From positions 64,001 through 128,000 of the forward strand of contig CBDCCZ010000044.1 of assembly GCA_965215005.1 (NCBI GenBank): a DNA stretch of 64,000 nucleotides, written 5' to 3'. Of the stretch, positions 1 through 13,154 are shown piece by piece (position 1 is the first letter of the stretch; each line of letters opens with the position of its first letter). Source of the DNA: Kofleriaceae bacterium (GTDB lineage Bacteria > Myxococcota_A > Polyangia > Haliangiales > Haliangiaceae). A program made the translations under genes and the position numbers. The notes below the pieces were generated by a model. It searched no databases. It saw nothing but the letters and a program-made list of their open reading frames with translations, and had not been told where the DNA came from.

Positions 1-2
1 AA

Positions 3-50
3 GCTCAGGAGTTTCGCGAAGCCGGCAAGACCCTCTACGGCTCGCGATAG
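3..50 (+). CDS. 3' end of an upstream gene (partial); C-terminus loosely resembles ThiC
   Basis: Open frame AQEFREAGKTLYGSR* ends at TAG 48-50 and is followed by a hairpin. Too short for a reliable identification. Confidence 0.3.
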   Translation, partial: AQEFREAGKTLYGSR

Positions 51-74
51 AGCTTACTTAAAAGAGACAACTTG

Positions 75-103
75 AGCTCGCCGCCGCTCGAAGGCGGCGA
101 GCT
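75..103. terminator. Terminator-like hairpin
   Basis: Perfect 11-bp stem AGCTCGCCGCC (75-85) / GGCGGCGAGCT (93-103) with a 7-nt loop; no clear U-tract. Confidence 0.45.
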
Positions 104-306
104 ATCGAGTCGGGCAATCGCGGCCAAATCGCCCGGATGTTCCCGGAGGTTTGCGGGCGTATTGGCAGCATTTCAGAGCGCTCGCCGGCCGCGACTCGCC
201 GACTTTCCCGGTCACCAGCGTTGCGCCGCGCGCCGCTACCGTTATGATTCCGCCCGCTGCGGCCGTTTGAGGGGCTGCAGCGGGTTGACTGTTTCGGGGA
301 GTCGTC

Positions 307-1398
307 GTGTCGGCAAAGAAGCGAACGTTCAAGATGGAGAAGCTGGCCCGCGTCTACGATGACGAGGTCCTTCCCGTCTGGTCGCAGCGGTTTGGCAAGA
401 TGCTCCTGCGCAGCCTCGAGGTGGCGCCTCGCAGTCAGGTGCTCGATGTTGCGTGTGGCACTGGCTATCCAGCGGTTGAGGTGCTGCGCCGCATGGACGA
501 TGCGAGTCGGCTTATCGCCATCGATGCGTCCTCGGCAATGCTAGACGTCGCGCGCAAGAAGATCGCAGAGCTGGGCAACCGCAACGTTTTCTTTCGCACC
601 GAAGCGATCGATCCCAAGCTGTCGTTTGCCGACGACGTCTACGACCTGACGATCTGCAACTTGGGCCTCTCGGAAATGGATGATCCGGTGGCGGCCTTGA
701 CCGATCTCGCTCGGGTGACGCGGCCGGGCGGGCAGGTGCGGTGCACGCTTCCGCTCGAAGGAACGTTTCAGGAGTTCTTCGACATCTATCGCGAAGTTCT
801 GACCAAGCACGACAAGCAAGCCGCCCAGACTCGCCTTGCCGAGCATCTCGCGGCTCGGTATCCGAGCGCCGAGCGGGCCGAGCAGTGGCTCGAGCGCGCT
901 GGCCTCATCGACCGACAGCTCGAAGTGGAAGAGTTCCGGCTGCTGTTCAAGAGCTCGCGCGAGTTCTTCTTTGCCCCGGTCATCGAGTACGGGCCGCTGA
1001 TGGAGTGGAAAGAGATCGCGGGGGCGGGCCAGGACATGCAGGACGTGTTTTGGTACATCAAAGAGGCGATCGATGCCTACTTCGGGAACCGTGCGTTCGA
1101 GGTGACCGTGAAGGCCGGCTGTTTGATCGGCACGGTGCCAGAGCTCGTCGAGGACGCGATAACCGATCAAGTGCCGCGGGTGCGTCTGGAAGACGCTTTC
1201 GAGCCGGAGCCAACTCCGCAGGTGGTGGAGCTCGGCGAGGTGACGTCGGAGATCAACATCGACGAGCTCGAAGAAGTCGGCGCCGGATCCGGTCCTACGA
1301 CGCCGATCCGGCCGCCGACCGCCGAGGACGAGGAGCCGCTCGAGGCATTTGTCGATGGCGCGCGCCGGCCGCCGCATCTCGATTCGGGCGAGCCGTAG
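307..1398 (+). CDS. Class I SAM-dependent methyltransferase with acidic, probably disordered C-terminal tail
   Basis: Motif I VLDVACGTG, then IDASSAML and RVTRPGG; last ~80 aa are E/D/P-rich. Confidence 0.85.
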   Translation: MSAKKRTFKMEKLARVYDDEVLPVWSQRFGKMLLRSLEVAPRSQVLDVACGTGYPAVEVLRRMDDASRLIAIDASSAMLDVARKKIAELGNRNVFFRTEAIDPKLSFADDVYDLTICNLGLSEMDDPVAALTDLARVTRPGGQVRCTLPLEGTFQEFFDIYREVLTKHDKQAAQTRLAEHLAARYPSAERAEQWLERAGLIDRQLEVEEFRLLFKSSREFFFAPVIEYGPLMEWKEIAGAGQDMQDVFWYIKEAIDAYFGNRAFEVTVKAGCLIGTVPELVEDAITDQVPRVRLEDAFEPEPTPQVVELGEVTSEINIDELEEVGAGSGPTTPIRPPTAEDEEPLEAFVDGARRPPHLDSGEP

Positions 1399-1438
1399 CG
1401 GTTCGAGGCGACTTTTTTCTGCTCAACGTCTCGGATAA

Positions 1439-3664
<2,226 letters not shown>

Positions 3665-3692
3665 ACCGAACCATTGCGCGGCGAATGCGCCA

Positions 3693-5717
3693 TCAAACGA
3701 GCTTACGGCGGATGCGGCGGTTCCAGGTGCGCGAAAAGACGCGCCGTTTGCCTTCGAAGGCATCGAGCTCGGCGCTGAGGTGAAAACTATCCGCGTCGGC
3801 AGTGAGGAGGGTGTGGGTCGTCGCCCGGACATTCCAATCGCCGCGCTTAAAGGCGCGGAGCGTGCGGGTCTCGCCGCTGATCGAGTTGAAATTGTCGCCT
3901 TGCGATCGATACCACTCGCGCGTTCGCTTCTGCACCTCGAGCTCGATTTCGTCGATGGCGAAGTGGCCGTCGTGGCGCACCACCTCCAGACACGCTTCGT
4001 CGCTCGCGAGGTCGTGAATGACGCGCCAGTTCTCCCGGCCCGGAGCGATCACGCGTTGCTCGATCGGCGGCGCGATCTCCGCAGGTGGGAACGCCGCCAG
4101 CGCCGCATCGTCTTCTGGTCGCGGCCGCCGCACCGGCAGAATGAGCTGTGAGCTCTGCAGATGGATTGTGACCTCGGTGGGCTCCGGCGGCGGCCAGGCC
4201 AGGGGCCAATACGACGTGGAGATCGATACGCGGATGCGATGACCGGCAGGAAACGAGTGCGCGGCACCATTGCATGACACCTGCACCTGATAGCGCCTGT
4301 CCGGTACCAGTGCGGCGGGCTGCGCGTGACCCTCTCGATGGGTGAGGTTTAGCAGCCCGTACGTCACACGGGTGACCTTGCCATCTGGCAGCACGTCGGA
4401 TACCCGAACGGCAACTTGTGCCACCGGACGATTGGCCGACACGTCGAGCTCGACGATGGGTTGTCCGAGGATCTCGAGGCGCTCGCGCAGTGGCTCGGTC
4501 TCGAAGATGAGCGACCCCCCATCGTCGCTGCGCTGGTCGCCGGGCAAGTCGGGAGTTGCTGCATACGAGCACCACTTGCCCGCAAATAGCCCAACGGACA
4601 GTGGAGACTGCACCGAGACCGAATCGGAGACCGCTCCAGGTGCGCTCTGCACGAGCAGTCCACGCTTCAAGCTCCAGGTGCGCCGCTCGAGGTTTGGTGA
4701 CGGCCACTGCCTCTCGGCAACCCAGCGGCCAGGACGGGTCCGATAGGCGGTGCGTGGTGGCACGCTGTCCTGCATCCAGACCCGCAGCGTAGGCTCATTC
4801 TCGACTCCGTTATCGATGTCGCGAAGCCAGCGATCGAGCCAACGCAGTGTCTCTTGCAAGAAGCCAATGGCTGGTCCAGGGACGCCCAGGTGCGGGTATT
4901 TATGGCTCCACGGGCCGATGAGACCGCGCCGCGGCACCTTCAGGTGCTCGAGCAAGCGGAATACTGCGTTCGTGTAGCCGTCGGCCCAGCCGCTGGCGCA
5001 GAGCACGGGGCATTCGATTGCGTCATATTCGCGTCGCACCGAGCCAACGTCCCAGTAGGCATCGTGGTGCTGATGCTCGAGCCAGGTTTCGAGCCACATA
5101 CCGCTACCGTCGAGACGGTCGAGCCACATCTGCCGCCAGCGTTCACCAACCAGCTCCGGGTCGGGTGGGCACGAATTGAAGGCAGCCATGGTGGTCGCTT
5201 CGGAGAGATTATCACCGAGTAGGCAACCGCCCATGTAGTGCATGTTATCGACGTACAGGTCATCGGTTGCAGAGGCAACGACGATGGCTTTGAGCGCTGG
5301 AGGTCGTCGCGCGGCAATCTGCAGCGCGGCAAAGCCGCCCCACGAGATGCCGAACATGGCTACCTTGCCGTTGCACCATGGCTGCTTGGCAATCCAGGCG
5401 AGAACCTCGAGGCCATCGGTCTGCTCCTGTTCGAGGAACTGGTCCTGCAGCACCCCTTCGGAGTCGCCGCTGCCGCGCAAGTCGACGCGAACGCACGCAT
5501 ACCCATGGCCCGCGAAGTAGGGATGGTTCATCGCATCACGACCACGCGTGAGGTCGCGCTTGCGGTAGGGAATGTACTCGAGCAGCGCTGGCGCTGGCTC
5601 GTTCATCGCGTTGTGAGGCAGCCAGATGCGTGCGGCCAAGCGGGTTCCGTCCGCGAGCGGAATCCACTCATGCTCGAGTATCCGAACAGAATGGGGAAAA
5701 TCGGTGACTACATTCAT
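3693..5717 (-). CDS. CocE/NonD-family serine hydrolase (peptidase S15-like)
   Basis: PYRKRD, VDLRGSGDSEG, nucleophile elbow GISWGG, GWADGY, IGPWSH, and a PepX_C-like C-terminal domain. Confidence 0.92.
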   Translation of the reverse strand: MNVVTDFPHSVRILEHEWIPLADGTRLAARIWLPHNAMNEPAPALLEYIPYRKRDLTRGRDAMNHPYFAGHGYACVRVDLRGSGDSEGVLQDQFLEQEQTDGLEVLAWIAKQPWCNGKVAMFGISWGGFAALQIAARRPPALKAIVVASATDDLYVDNMHYMGGCLLGDNLSEATTMAAFNSCPPDPELVGERWRQMWLDRLDGSGMWLETWLEHQHHDAYWDVGSVRREYDAIECPVLCASGWADGYTNAVFRLLEHLKVPRRGLIGPWSHKYPHLGVPGPAIGFLQETLRWLDRWLRDIDNGVENEPTLRVWMQDSVPPRTAYRTRPGRWVAERQWPSPNLERRTWSLKRGLLVQSAPGAVSDSVSVQSPLSVGLFAGKWCSYAATPDLPGDQRSDDGGSLIFETEPLRERLEILGQPIVELDVSANRPVAQVAVRVSDVLPDGKVTRVTYGLLNLTHREGHAQPAALVPDRRYQVQVSCNGAAHSFPAGHRIRVSISTSYWPLAWPPPEPTEVTIHLQSSQLILPVRRPRPEDDAALAAFPPAEIAPPIEQRVIAPGRENWRVIHDLASDEACLEVVRHDGHFAIDEIELEVQKRTREWYRSQGDNFNSISGETRTLRAFKRGDWNVRATTHTLLTADADSFHLSAELDAFEGKRRVFSRTWNRRIRRKLV

Positions 5718-5743
5718 TATGGTTATGCTGGGCTAACGGGTTC

Positions 5744-7027
5744 TTATTCTCGGTCTTCGAACGGCTGCATCTCGAACCGCAGTCGCGAGGCGACGGTGTC
5801 GTAGTGCTCGAGAATCTGCTCACGGCTGTCGGCGGCTAGATACAGCTGCGCGAGCTCGAACGAGTAGGCGTCTTGGTCCTCGAGGTCGCGGACATCGAGC
5901 CCTTCTTTTACGCTGAGTCGCACGAAGCAATCGGGTAGTCCTTTGCACGCCTCCTCGAGCTCTTGCTGGCTTGGCACGCGCTCGACGATGCCGGGTTGAT
6001 GACATCGCAAGAACGCTTTTGCCGCTTTGCGATGCCGCCCCGCCCCAGGATGGACGCGTGGCGCTTGTCCCAGCGCGATCGCTACGGCGATCTCGTGGTC
6101 GGATGCCCCATCGACCATGTCCCAGAGGTAGGCATGCGACTGGGACATGCGCGGATTGACCTCGACGATGGCCAGCTTATCGGTGTCGGGATCCCAGAAG
6201 TACTCGGCGTTGAAGCAGCTGTTGTCGAAGCCGATGTGGCGGATGAACGCAGTGCCTGCTTCGTTCATGCGCTCGAGGACGGCAGCGGGAAGCTCCGTCG
6301 GGTATTCGTAGCGGTGGAACGTTTCTTGGTGTCGGACCATGTCCAACGCGCCGTGAATGCGCACTTGCCCCCGGTAGACGTGGCCTTCGTGGGCAACCTC
6401 TACCCCGGTTAGATACTCCTCGACGATGCAATCGGTGCCGCTGACGTCGGCGACCTCTGCCGGCAAATCAACGCGCTCGAGGACGTCGTCGAACGGGTCG
6501 CCGAGGCGATGAATCGCCTCGCGTATCTCGCCGAGAGCCGCGTCGAGCTGCTGCCGGTTTTCGATCTTGAAGCCGAGCTGCGAGCTAAATCCCTTGACCG
6601 GCTTGATCCAATACGGATAGGGCAGCTCAATCGACTCGGCGGCGTCGCTAGCCATCGGATCGACGCGCTGAAATCGCGGCGTGAGCTCGGGAATGATCTC
6701 CCGTTGCCGCAAACGGCTCCAATACTTATGAGAGCACTGCAGGACGCTGCGCAACGATGGCCCCGGAAGTCCACGTTCCGCGCACAAGATCGGCACTAGC
6801 ACCGTGGTTGGGAAATCCCAGTGCGCAACGATGGCATCGACGGAACCAGGAAAGGCATCGAGTTGGCGACGCGCCTTCGTTAGTAACTCGTCGATGTCGA
6901 CGTTCTTGGCGTGGACGACGTCGCTAGGGCTCAGGAGGGAATGAAACTGATGTTCGTCGGCTTGACGAATTGTCTGCAGCTCGCGGCGCTGCAGCTCATC
7001 CAGCGCGACGATGAAGATATTAGCCAT
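5744..7027 (-). CDS. ATP-grasp domain protein (probable amino-acid/peptide ligase)
   Basis: YPYWIKPVKGFSS, IVEEYL, FNAEYF and IVEVNPR ATP-grasp motifs. Confidence 0.85.
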   Translation of the reverse strand: MANIFIVALDELQRRELQTIRQADEHQFHSLLSPSDVVHAKNVDIDELLTKARRQLDAFPGSVDAIVAHWDFPTTVLVPILCAERGLPGPSLRSVLQCSHKYWSRLRQREIIPELTPRFQRVDPMASDAAESIELPYPYWIKPVKGFSSQLGFKIENRQQLDAALGEIREAIHRLGDPFDDVLERVDLPAEVADVSGTDCIVEEYLTGVEVAHEGHVYRGQVRIHGALDMVRHQETFHRYEYPTELPAAVLERMNEAGTAFIRHIGFDNSCFNAEYFWDPDTDKLAIVEVNPRMSQSHAYLWDMVDGASDHEIAVAIALGQAPRVHPGAGRHRKAAKAFLRCHQPGIVERVPSQQELEEACKGLPDCFVRLSVKEGLDVRDLEDQDAYSFELAQLYLAADSREQILEHYDTVASRLRFEMQPFEDRE

Positions 7028-7248
7028 GTGCACCTCGATGTTGCGTTGCCGCTTGGGTGTCGCGGCGAGGCCTCAGATTGCAACCGAGGGGCCATCATGG
7101 ATTCACCCCGTGTCGCCAACGACACGCGTGCTGTGCGATGCCCGGCGGCCTGGCGTGAACCACCCCAACCGGAAGGATTGGTGGCGGAGACGCCGTAGGG
7201 TAGCTGCGGGTATCGCGACGCAGGCGCCGGGCAGCTAGTGCGCCATGG

Positions 7249-7752
7249 TCACAACCGTGGCGGGTTTGTTCCTGATCCGGAGGCCGATGCGGTTGCTGCC
7301 GGTTCCGCAGCCGGGGACTGAGCTTGCTTCGGAGAGCTCACCGGTGCGTTTTTGCGAAACGCTTGCGCGACCGCGTCGAGGGCCTTTCCGGTGGGATCGG
7401 CGCCCGCGCGGTCGACCAACACCAGGAGTTGCTGGCCCGCTACCAGTGCTAGTCCAGTTGACTCACCAACCAGCTCGAGCGCCGCCGTGCGAGCGGCTGT
7501 GGCGGCGGCATCATCTGTATAGCTGCACAGCGTGGTCTCAAGTCCCGGTCCTGTGCGGCCTCGCAAACAGCTGTTTCCCAGGCTCGCAGAGCCAAACACG
7601 TCGAAGTCGTTGGGGGCGAGCTGGGAGGTTTGCCAGGCGGCGAGCACCGGGACGAATGGTTTGGCCGCTTCGCGCGGATCCGTGCTGTCGCAAGCGCCAA
7701 GAAGAAGGGAGAGGCCAATACCTCCCACGATCATGCTTCGCAGTAAACCCAT
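7249..7752 (-). CDS. Hypothetical lipoprotein
   Basis: MGLLRSMIVGGIGLSLLLGA-C lipobox; start moved to ATG 7752. Confidence 0.7.
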   Translation of the reverse strand: MGLLRSMIVGGIGLSLLLGACDSTDPREAAKPFVPVLAAWQTSQLAPNDFDVFGSASLGNSCLRGRTGPGLETTLCSYTDDAAATAARTAALELVGESTGLALVAGQQLLVLVDRAGADPTGKALDAVAQAFRKNAPVSSPKQAQSPAAEPAATASASGSGTNPPRL

Positions 7753-7838
7753 CGTTCCATGCCTTTCGATTGCCCGGTTCGGTCGTACCCGTGCGGAGCG
7801 GGCGAAACCACAGCCGCGTCCTCTGATGCGAGGCATCC

Positions 7839-8594
7839 TCAATGCTTGCCGTGGTGCTTAAACTTCATTCGGTGACCACGGCCCTTCTTGCGCTTCTTGA
7901 CCTTGTAGTAGCGACGGTCGTGATGATGGTGGTCGTGCTCGACGTACACGGCTGGGGCCCCAACACCGATCTCGATGGTGGGCACGTGTAGCTCGACACC
8001 GGCACGGAACACCGGCGCAGCGACATGAACATCGGCTTCGGCGGCTACCACCGACGAGACGCGCGGCGCGTGAACCTCGACCGCGGGCGCGACGATCACC
8101 ACCGGCCGCGTGTAAACCAGCGGCTCATAATATAGGTCGATCGCGGCGTAGCGCTTCTTGCCTAGCTTGTAGGCGCGTGGGAAGCGCCCCGTATAGACAT
8201 TGATCTCACCGCGCAGCTCGAAGTTCACTCCTGGTGCCTCGACGTGGAAGTGCGGGCCGGTGATGTAGCACCACAGGCCGACTGGCTCCTGGTCGACATG
8301 AACCTCGAGTGGATGATGCCCTTTGAACGCGTAGCGCGGGCCATCGTAGCCGTGAGCGACGGGATCACCGATGAAGATGTAGCCGTCGCCGTGAACGCGG
8401 TAGAGCGTGTCGCGCTCATCGGGCTCGTATACGTGCACGTGCGGCACGCTGATCAGGCAGAACTCCGCTGCATGCGTTTTGGGAATCGGGTGGGTGCCTA
8501 CGTACTGCACTTGTCCGGCGTAGGCCGCGGTGCTCGCTGCTAGCGAGACAGCGGCGGCAATGAGGAGGCACGGAAGCGTTTTCGAGATCATCAT
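7839..8594 (-). CDS. Secreted His/Cys-motif hypothetical protein
   Basis: Signal peptide ending AYA; two GxHP...CxIxxPHxH repeats; HDHHHHD and a basic C-terminal tail. Confidence 0.75.
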   Translation of the reverse strand: MMISKTLPCLLIAAAVSLAASTAAYAGQVQYVGTHPIPKTHAAEFCLISVPHVHVYEPDERDTLYRVHGDGYIFIGDPVAHGYDGPRYAFKGHHPLEVHVDQEPVGLWCYITGPHFHVEAPGVNFELRGEINVYTGRFPRAYKLGKKRYAAIDLYYEPLVYTRPVVIVAPAVEVHAPRVSSVVAAEADVHVAAPVFRAGVELHVPTIEIGVGAPAVYVEHDHHHHDRRYYKVKKRKKGRGHRMKFKHHGKH

Positions 8595-8602
8595 GTTGCT
8601 CC

Positions 8603-9157
8603 TCAGAAGAAGAATCGCACGCCGATCGCGGCGGTGAGATCGAAGTCATCGTCGTAGTAGTCGTCATTCAAGAAGTCGAAGACTGGTACCAGCTCGAAAA
8701 ACACATCGATGGGCGCGTTGCGAAAGTCGAGCGCTACGCCAAACGGCACTCGAAGGCCGGCGTGGACGTGCTCGTCGTAATAGCGATCTCTTCGGTAGTA
8801 GTCGTGCTCGAAAAAGCGAGCACCGACACCGAGGTAGAAAGGCATCGCGAGCGTGGCGTTCTCGACGATCACCGCGGGATGCCAGAGAACATCGAAGTGC
8901 GCGTGTAGGTCATCGTCGTAGCCATAGTGGTCGTCGTAGACGCCGAGGCCGAAGTCGATCGCAAGCGGGCGGTCATCGAGGAACAGCTTCGCCGACAGCC
9001 CCGAAGGCGCTCCGAGCATGATGCCAATCCCAAAGCTCTTATCGGTTACGTAGCTGCGTGAGCGTGCGCGGCGGCGGGCCTCGGCATCACTTGCCGCAAC
9101 CAGTAGCATCGTCGCTGCCACCAATACGCTCGCAGAGCGGAGCACATTAGACTTCAT
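8603..9157 (-). CDS. Small outer-membrane beta-barrel protein (DUF3996-like)
   Basis: SD GGAGGT before ATG 9157, signal peptide, amphipathic strands (FGIGIMLGAPSGLSAK, PIDVFFELVP), C-terminal GVRFFF BAM signal. Confidence 0.75.
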   Translation of the reverse strand: MKSNVLRSASVLVAATMLLVAASDAEARRRARSRSYVTDKSFGIGIMLGAPSGLSAKLFLDDRPLAIDFGLGVYDDHYGYDDDLHAHFDVLWHPAVIVENATLAMPFYLGVGARFFEHDYYRRDRYYDEHVHAGLRVPFGVALDFRNAPIDVFFELVPVFDFLNDDYYDDDFDLTAAIGVRFFF

Positions 9158-9192
9158 TTTTAGACCTCCCATCATCGGACGACTGCCCTCAT

Positions 9193-9208
9193 CGCAACTG
9201 CCGTACCA
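9193..9208 (-). promoter_or_regulatory. Sigma54 (-24/-12) promoter
   Basis: Minus strand TGGTACG-GCAG-TTGCG versus consensus TGGCACG-N4-TTGC(A/T), exact GG-N10-GC spacing, 35 nt upstream of ATG 9157, divergent from a sigma54 activator. Confidence 0.8.
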
Positions 9209-9300
9209 CCATCGCTGCACGCGATATCGCGAGGTTGGCTCGGAGGATTTGGAACCGTGCGGTTCTTGGGGAGCCGAACGGTTCCGCGCTAAGCTAGCTG

Positions 9301-10653
9301 TTGGTGTCGAGCCAGCGCCACGAGCTCCCCGCTGCGACGACGATCGTCCGCTCTGCCGATCGGCTCGTGGCCCTCCGCGTGCCGCGGCTCGATCTGGAGA
9401 TCATCGGTCCCGGCACCCATGCGCGTATGGAATTGAGCGGGCGACGCGTTCGTATCGGCAGCGCACCCACCAACGATCTCGTGCTCGACGATCGCTTGGT
9501 GTCGCGGTTCCACTGCTCGTTGATTGCCGACGACACCGGCTTTCGACTTCTCGACGAACGCAGCGCCAACGGCACCTTCGTCAATGGGGTTCAAGTGCGC
9601 GATGGGTATTTGCCCGACGGTGCTCGGGTGCAGCTCGGCGAGACGCTGGTAGTCGTGCGCTTTGGCAAAAATGCGCAGGAGGTCGAGCTGTCGCAGGAGG
9701 AGAGGTTTGGTGCGCTAGTCGGCCGCAGTGTGGGGATGCGTGAGCTGTTTGCGCTAGCGCGTCGTGCGGCGAGCTCATCGTTGTCAGTGGTGATCCTCGG
9801 CGAGACCGGTACTGGCAAGGACCTGCTCGCTCGCGCCATTCACGACCACAGCCCACGTGCCGCAGGACCGTACCAAGTCTTCGACTGCGGCGCGGTGGCT
9901 CCCACGTTGATCGAGGCAGCGCTGTTTGGTCACGTCCGCGGCGCCTTCACCGGCGCAGACAGCGAACGCGCCGGCGTCTTTGAGCACGCCAGCGGTGGCA
10001 CGTTGTTTCTCGACGAGCTCGGTGAGCTGCCACTGCACCTACAGCCCAAGCTGCTGCGCGTGCTCGAGACCGGCACCTTGACCCGCATTGGTTCCCCGCA
10101 TCCGGTACGCGTCGACGTGCGCGTCGTGGCGGCAACCAACCGCGATCTGCACAACGAGGTCGAAGAAGAGCGCTTTCGTGCCGATCTGTTCTACCGACTC
10201 GCTGTCGTACCACTCACGATTCCGCCGCTACGCGAGCGCCCCGAAGACATTCCGCTGCTCGCCGCGCATTTTCTTGGCCATCTACTCGTGCACTCGCGAG
10301 CCGACGCCGCTTGGCTCGGGCAGCACCTAGACGGTGCGTTCGGCTCGCTTGCACATCATCGCTGGCCAGGAAACGTGCGCGAGCTGCGCAACGTGGTGGA
10401 GCGCGCCGCGGCCATGGCAGATCCTGCCGAGCTGCGCAAAGACGGCTTTGCTCGCCTAGTCGCGCTGCGAACGTGCATCGGCGAGACGATGCGCCGGCGG
10501 CCGCCGTTGGCCGCTGCTCGCGAGCAATTTGATCGCGACTATCTGCGCGACTTGCTCACTCACACCGCAGGCGATCGCCAGCGAGCGGCCGAGCTAGCGG
10601 ATATCCATCCCAAGTCGTTCGCGCGGCTGCTACGCCGCTACGGCATGAGCTGA
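9301..10653 (+). CDS. FHA-domain sigma54-dependent enhancer-binding protein
   Basis: FHA ([15 protein letters not shown]), Walker [15 protein letters not shown] loop, [15 protein letters not shown]-terminal Fis-type HTH. Confidence 0.95.
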   Translation: MVSSQRHELPAATTIVRSADRLVALRVPRLDLEIIGPGTHARMELSGRRVRIGSAPTNDLVLDDRLVSRFHCSLIADDTGFRLLDERSANGTFVNGVQVRDGYLPDGARVQLGETLVVVRFGKNAQEVELSQEERFGALVGRSVGMRELFALARRAASSSLSVVILGETGTGKDLLARAIHDHSPRAAGPYQVFDCGAVAPTLIEAALFGHVRGAFTGADSERAGVFEHASGGTLFLDELGELPLHLQPKLLRVLETGTLTRIGSPHPVRVDVRVVAATNRDLHNEVEEERFRADLFYRLAVVPLTIPPLRERPEDIPLLAAHFLGHLLVHSRADAAWLGQHLDGAFGSLAHHRWPGNVRELRNVVERAAAMADPAELRKDGFARLVALRTCIGETMRRRPPLAAAREQFDRDYLRDLLTHTAGDRQRAAELADIHPKSFARLLRRYGMS

Positions 10654-10657
10654 AGAC

Positions 10658-11416
10658 TCAGCGTTGCCCGAGCTCTGCGTCGACCGCGTCGGCAACCGCG
10701 TCGGTGACCTCCGCGATGCTGCGCCCGGAGGTGTCCACAACGTGATGGGCGCTGGCATAGAGAGGCTCGCGGGCGGCGAGGAGCGCGCGCAGCTCGGCAA
10801 ATGCGTGGGGATTTTTGGCCATGGGCCGCGCATCGCCCTGTTGAATGACGCGGTTCCAATGATCCGCGGCTTTGCCGCGCAACCACACGGTGCGCGTCGC
10901 CTGCTGCAGCAGCGCGAAATTTTCGCGGTCGTTGACGATGGAGCCGCCGGTGGCGAGCACCATCGCTTGTGGCGCGCTTAGCAAACGGCGCAGGACCTCG
11001 CGCTCGATTCGCCGGTAGTACGCCTCGCCGTGAAGCTCGAAGATCTCACTGAGACCCAGCCCTGCGGCCTGCTCGATGCGCGCGTCCACCTCGATGAAGG
11101 AAACCTCGTAGCGACGCGCGAGCTCCGCGCCCACCGTTGATTTGCCGGCGCCGCGAACACCTAGTAACGCAACCACCCGCGAGCCGTTTGCTGTGGAGGT
11201 AGTCCCCGCGAGGAGCTCAGAGGGCGTGGTGCTAAGCGCTTCCGCGACATCGGCAAATCGCGCCAACGAGATGTTGCCGTGGCCGCCTTCGAGCTGCGCG
11301 AGGAAACGCTCCGATAGATGCGAGCGCTCAGCGAGCTGCCGGCGGCTGAGCCCGAGGCGCTCGCGCAGCGCCCGAACGCGCGCGCCGACCGTAGTAAGCA
11401 GCGCTTGATGCTTCAT
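10658..11416 (-). CDS. boxR: BzdR/BoxR-family regulator (XRE HTH fused to a shikimate-kinase-like benzoyl-CoA sensor)
   Basis: HTH LSERFLAQLEGGHGNIS, P-loop GVRGAGKST, LATGGSIV; divergent from boxC. Confidence 0.88.
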   Translation of the reverse strand: MKHQALLTTVGARVRALRERLGLSRRQLAERSHLSERFLAQLEGGHGNISLARFADVAEALSTTPSELLAGTTSTANGSRVVALLGVRGAGKSTVGAELARRYEVSFIEVDARIEQAAGLGLSEIFELHGEAYYRRIEREVLRRLLSAPQAMVLATGGSIVNDRENFALLQQATRTVWLRGKAADHWNRVIQQGDARPMAKNPHAFAELRALLAAREPLYASAHHVVDTSGRSIAEVTDAVADAVDAELGQR

Positions 11417-11422
11417 GGCAGC

Positions 11423-11495
11423 GGAAATATATTGCAATCATCATCCGCTGTCTAGCATTAAAGTGCTTGCCGCGGCGGCGGGAACGCGGTACATA
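11423..11495. promoter_or_regulatory. Back-to-back sigma70-like promoters for boxR and boxC with two TGCA-N6-TGCA-like boxes
   Basis: Minus: TAGACA (11449-54) N17 TATATT (11426-31). Plus: TTGCCG (11467-72) N17 TACATA (11490-95). Boxes GGAA-ATATAT-TGCA (11423-36) and AGCA-TTAAAG-TGCT (11454-67). Confidence 0.6.
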
Positions 11496-11502
11496 GATAG
11501 AC

Positions 11503-13152
<1,650 letters not shown>

Positions 13153-13154
13153 TC

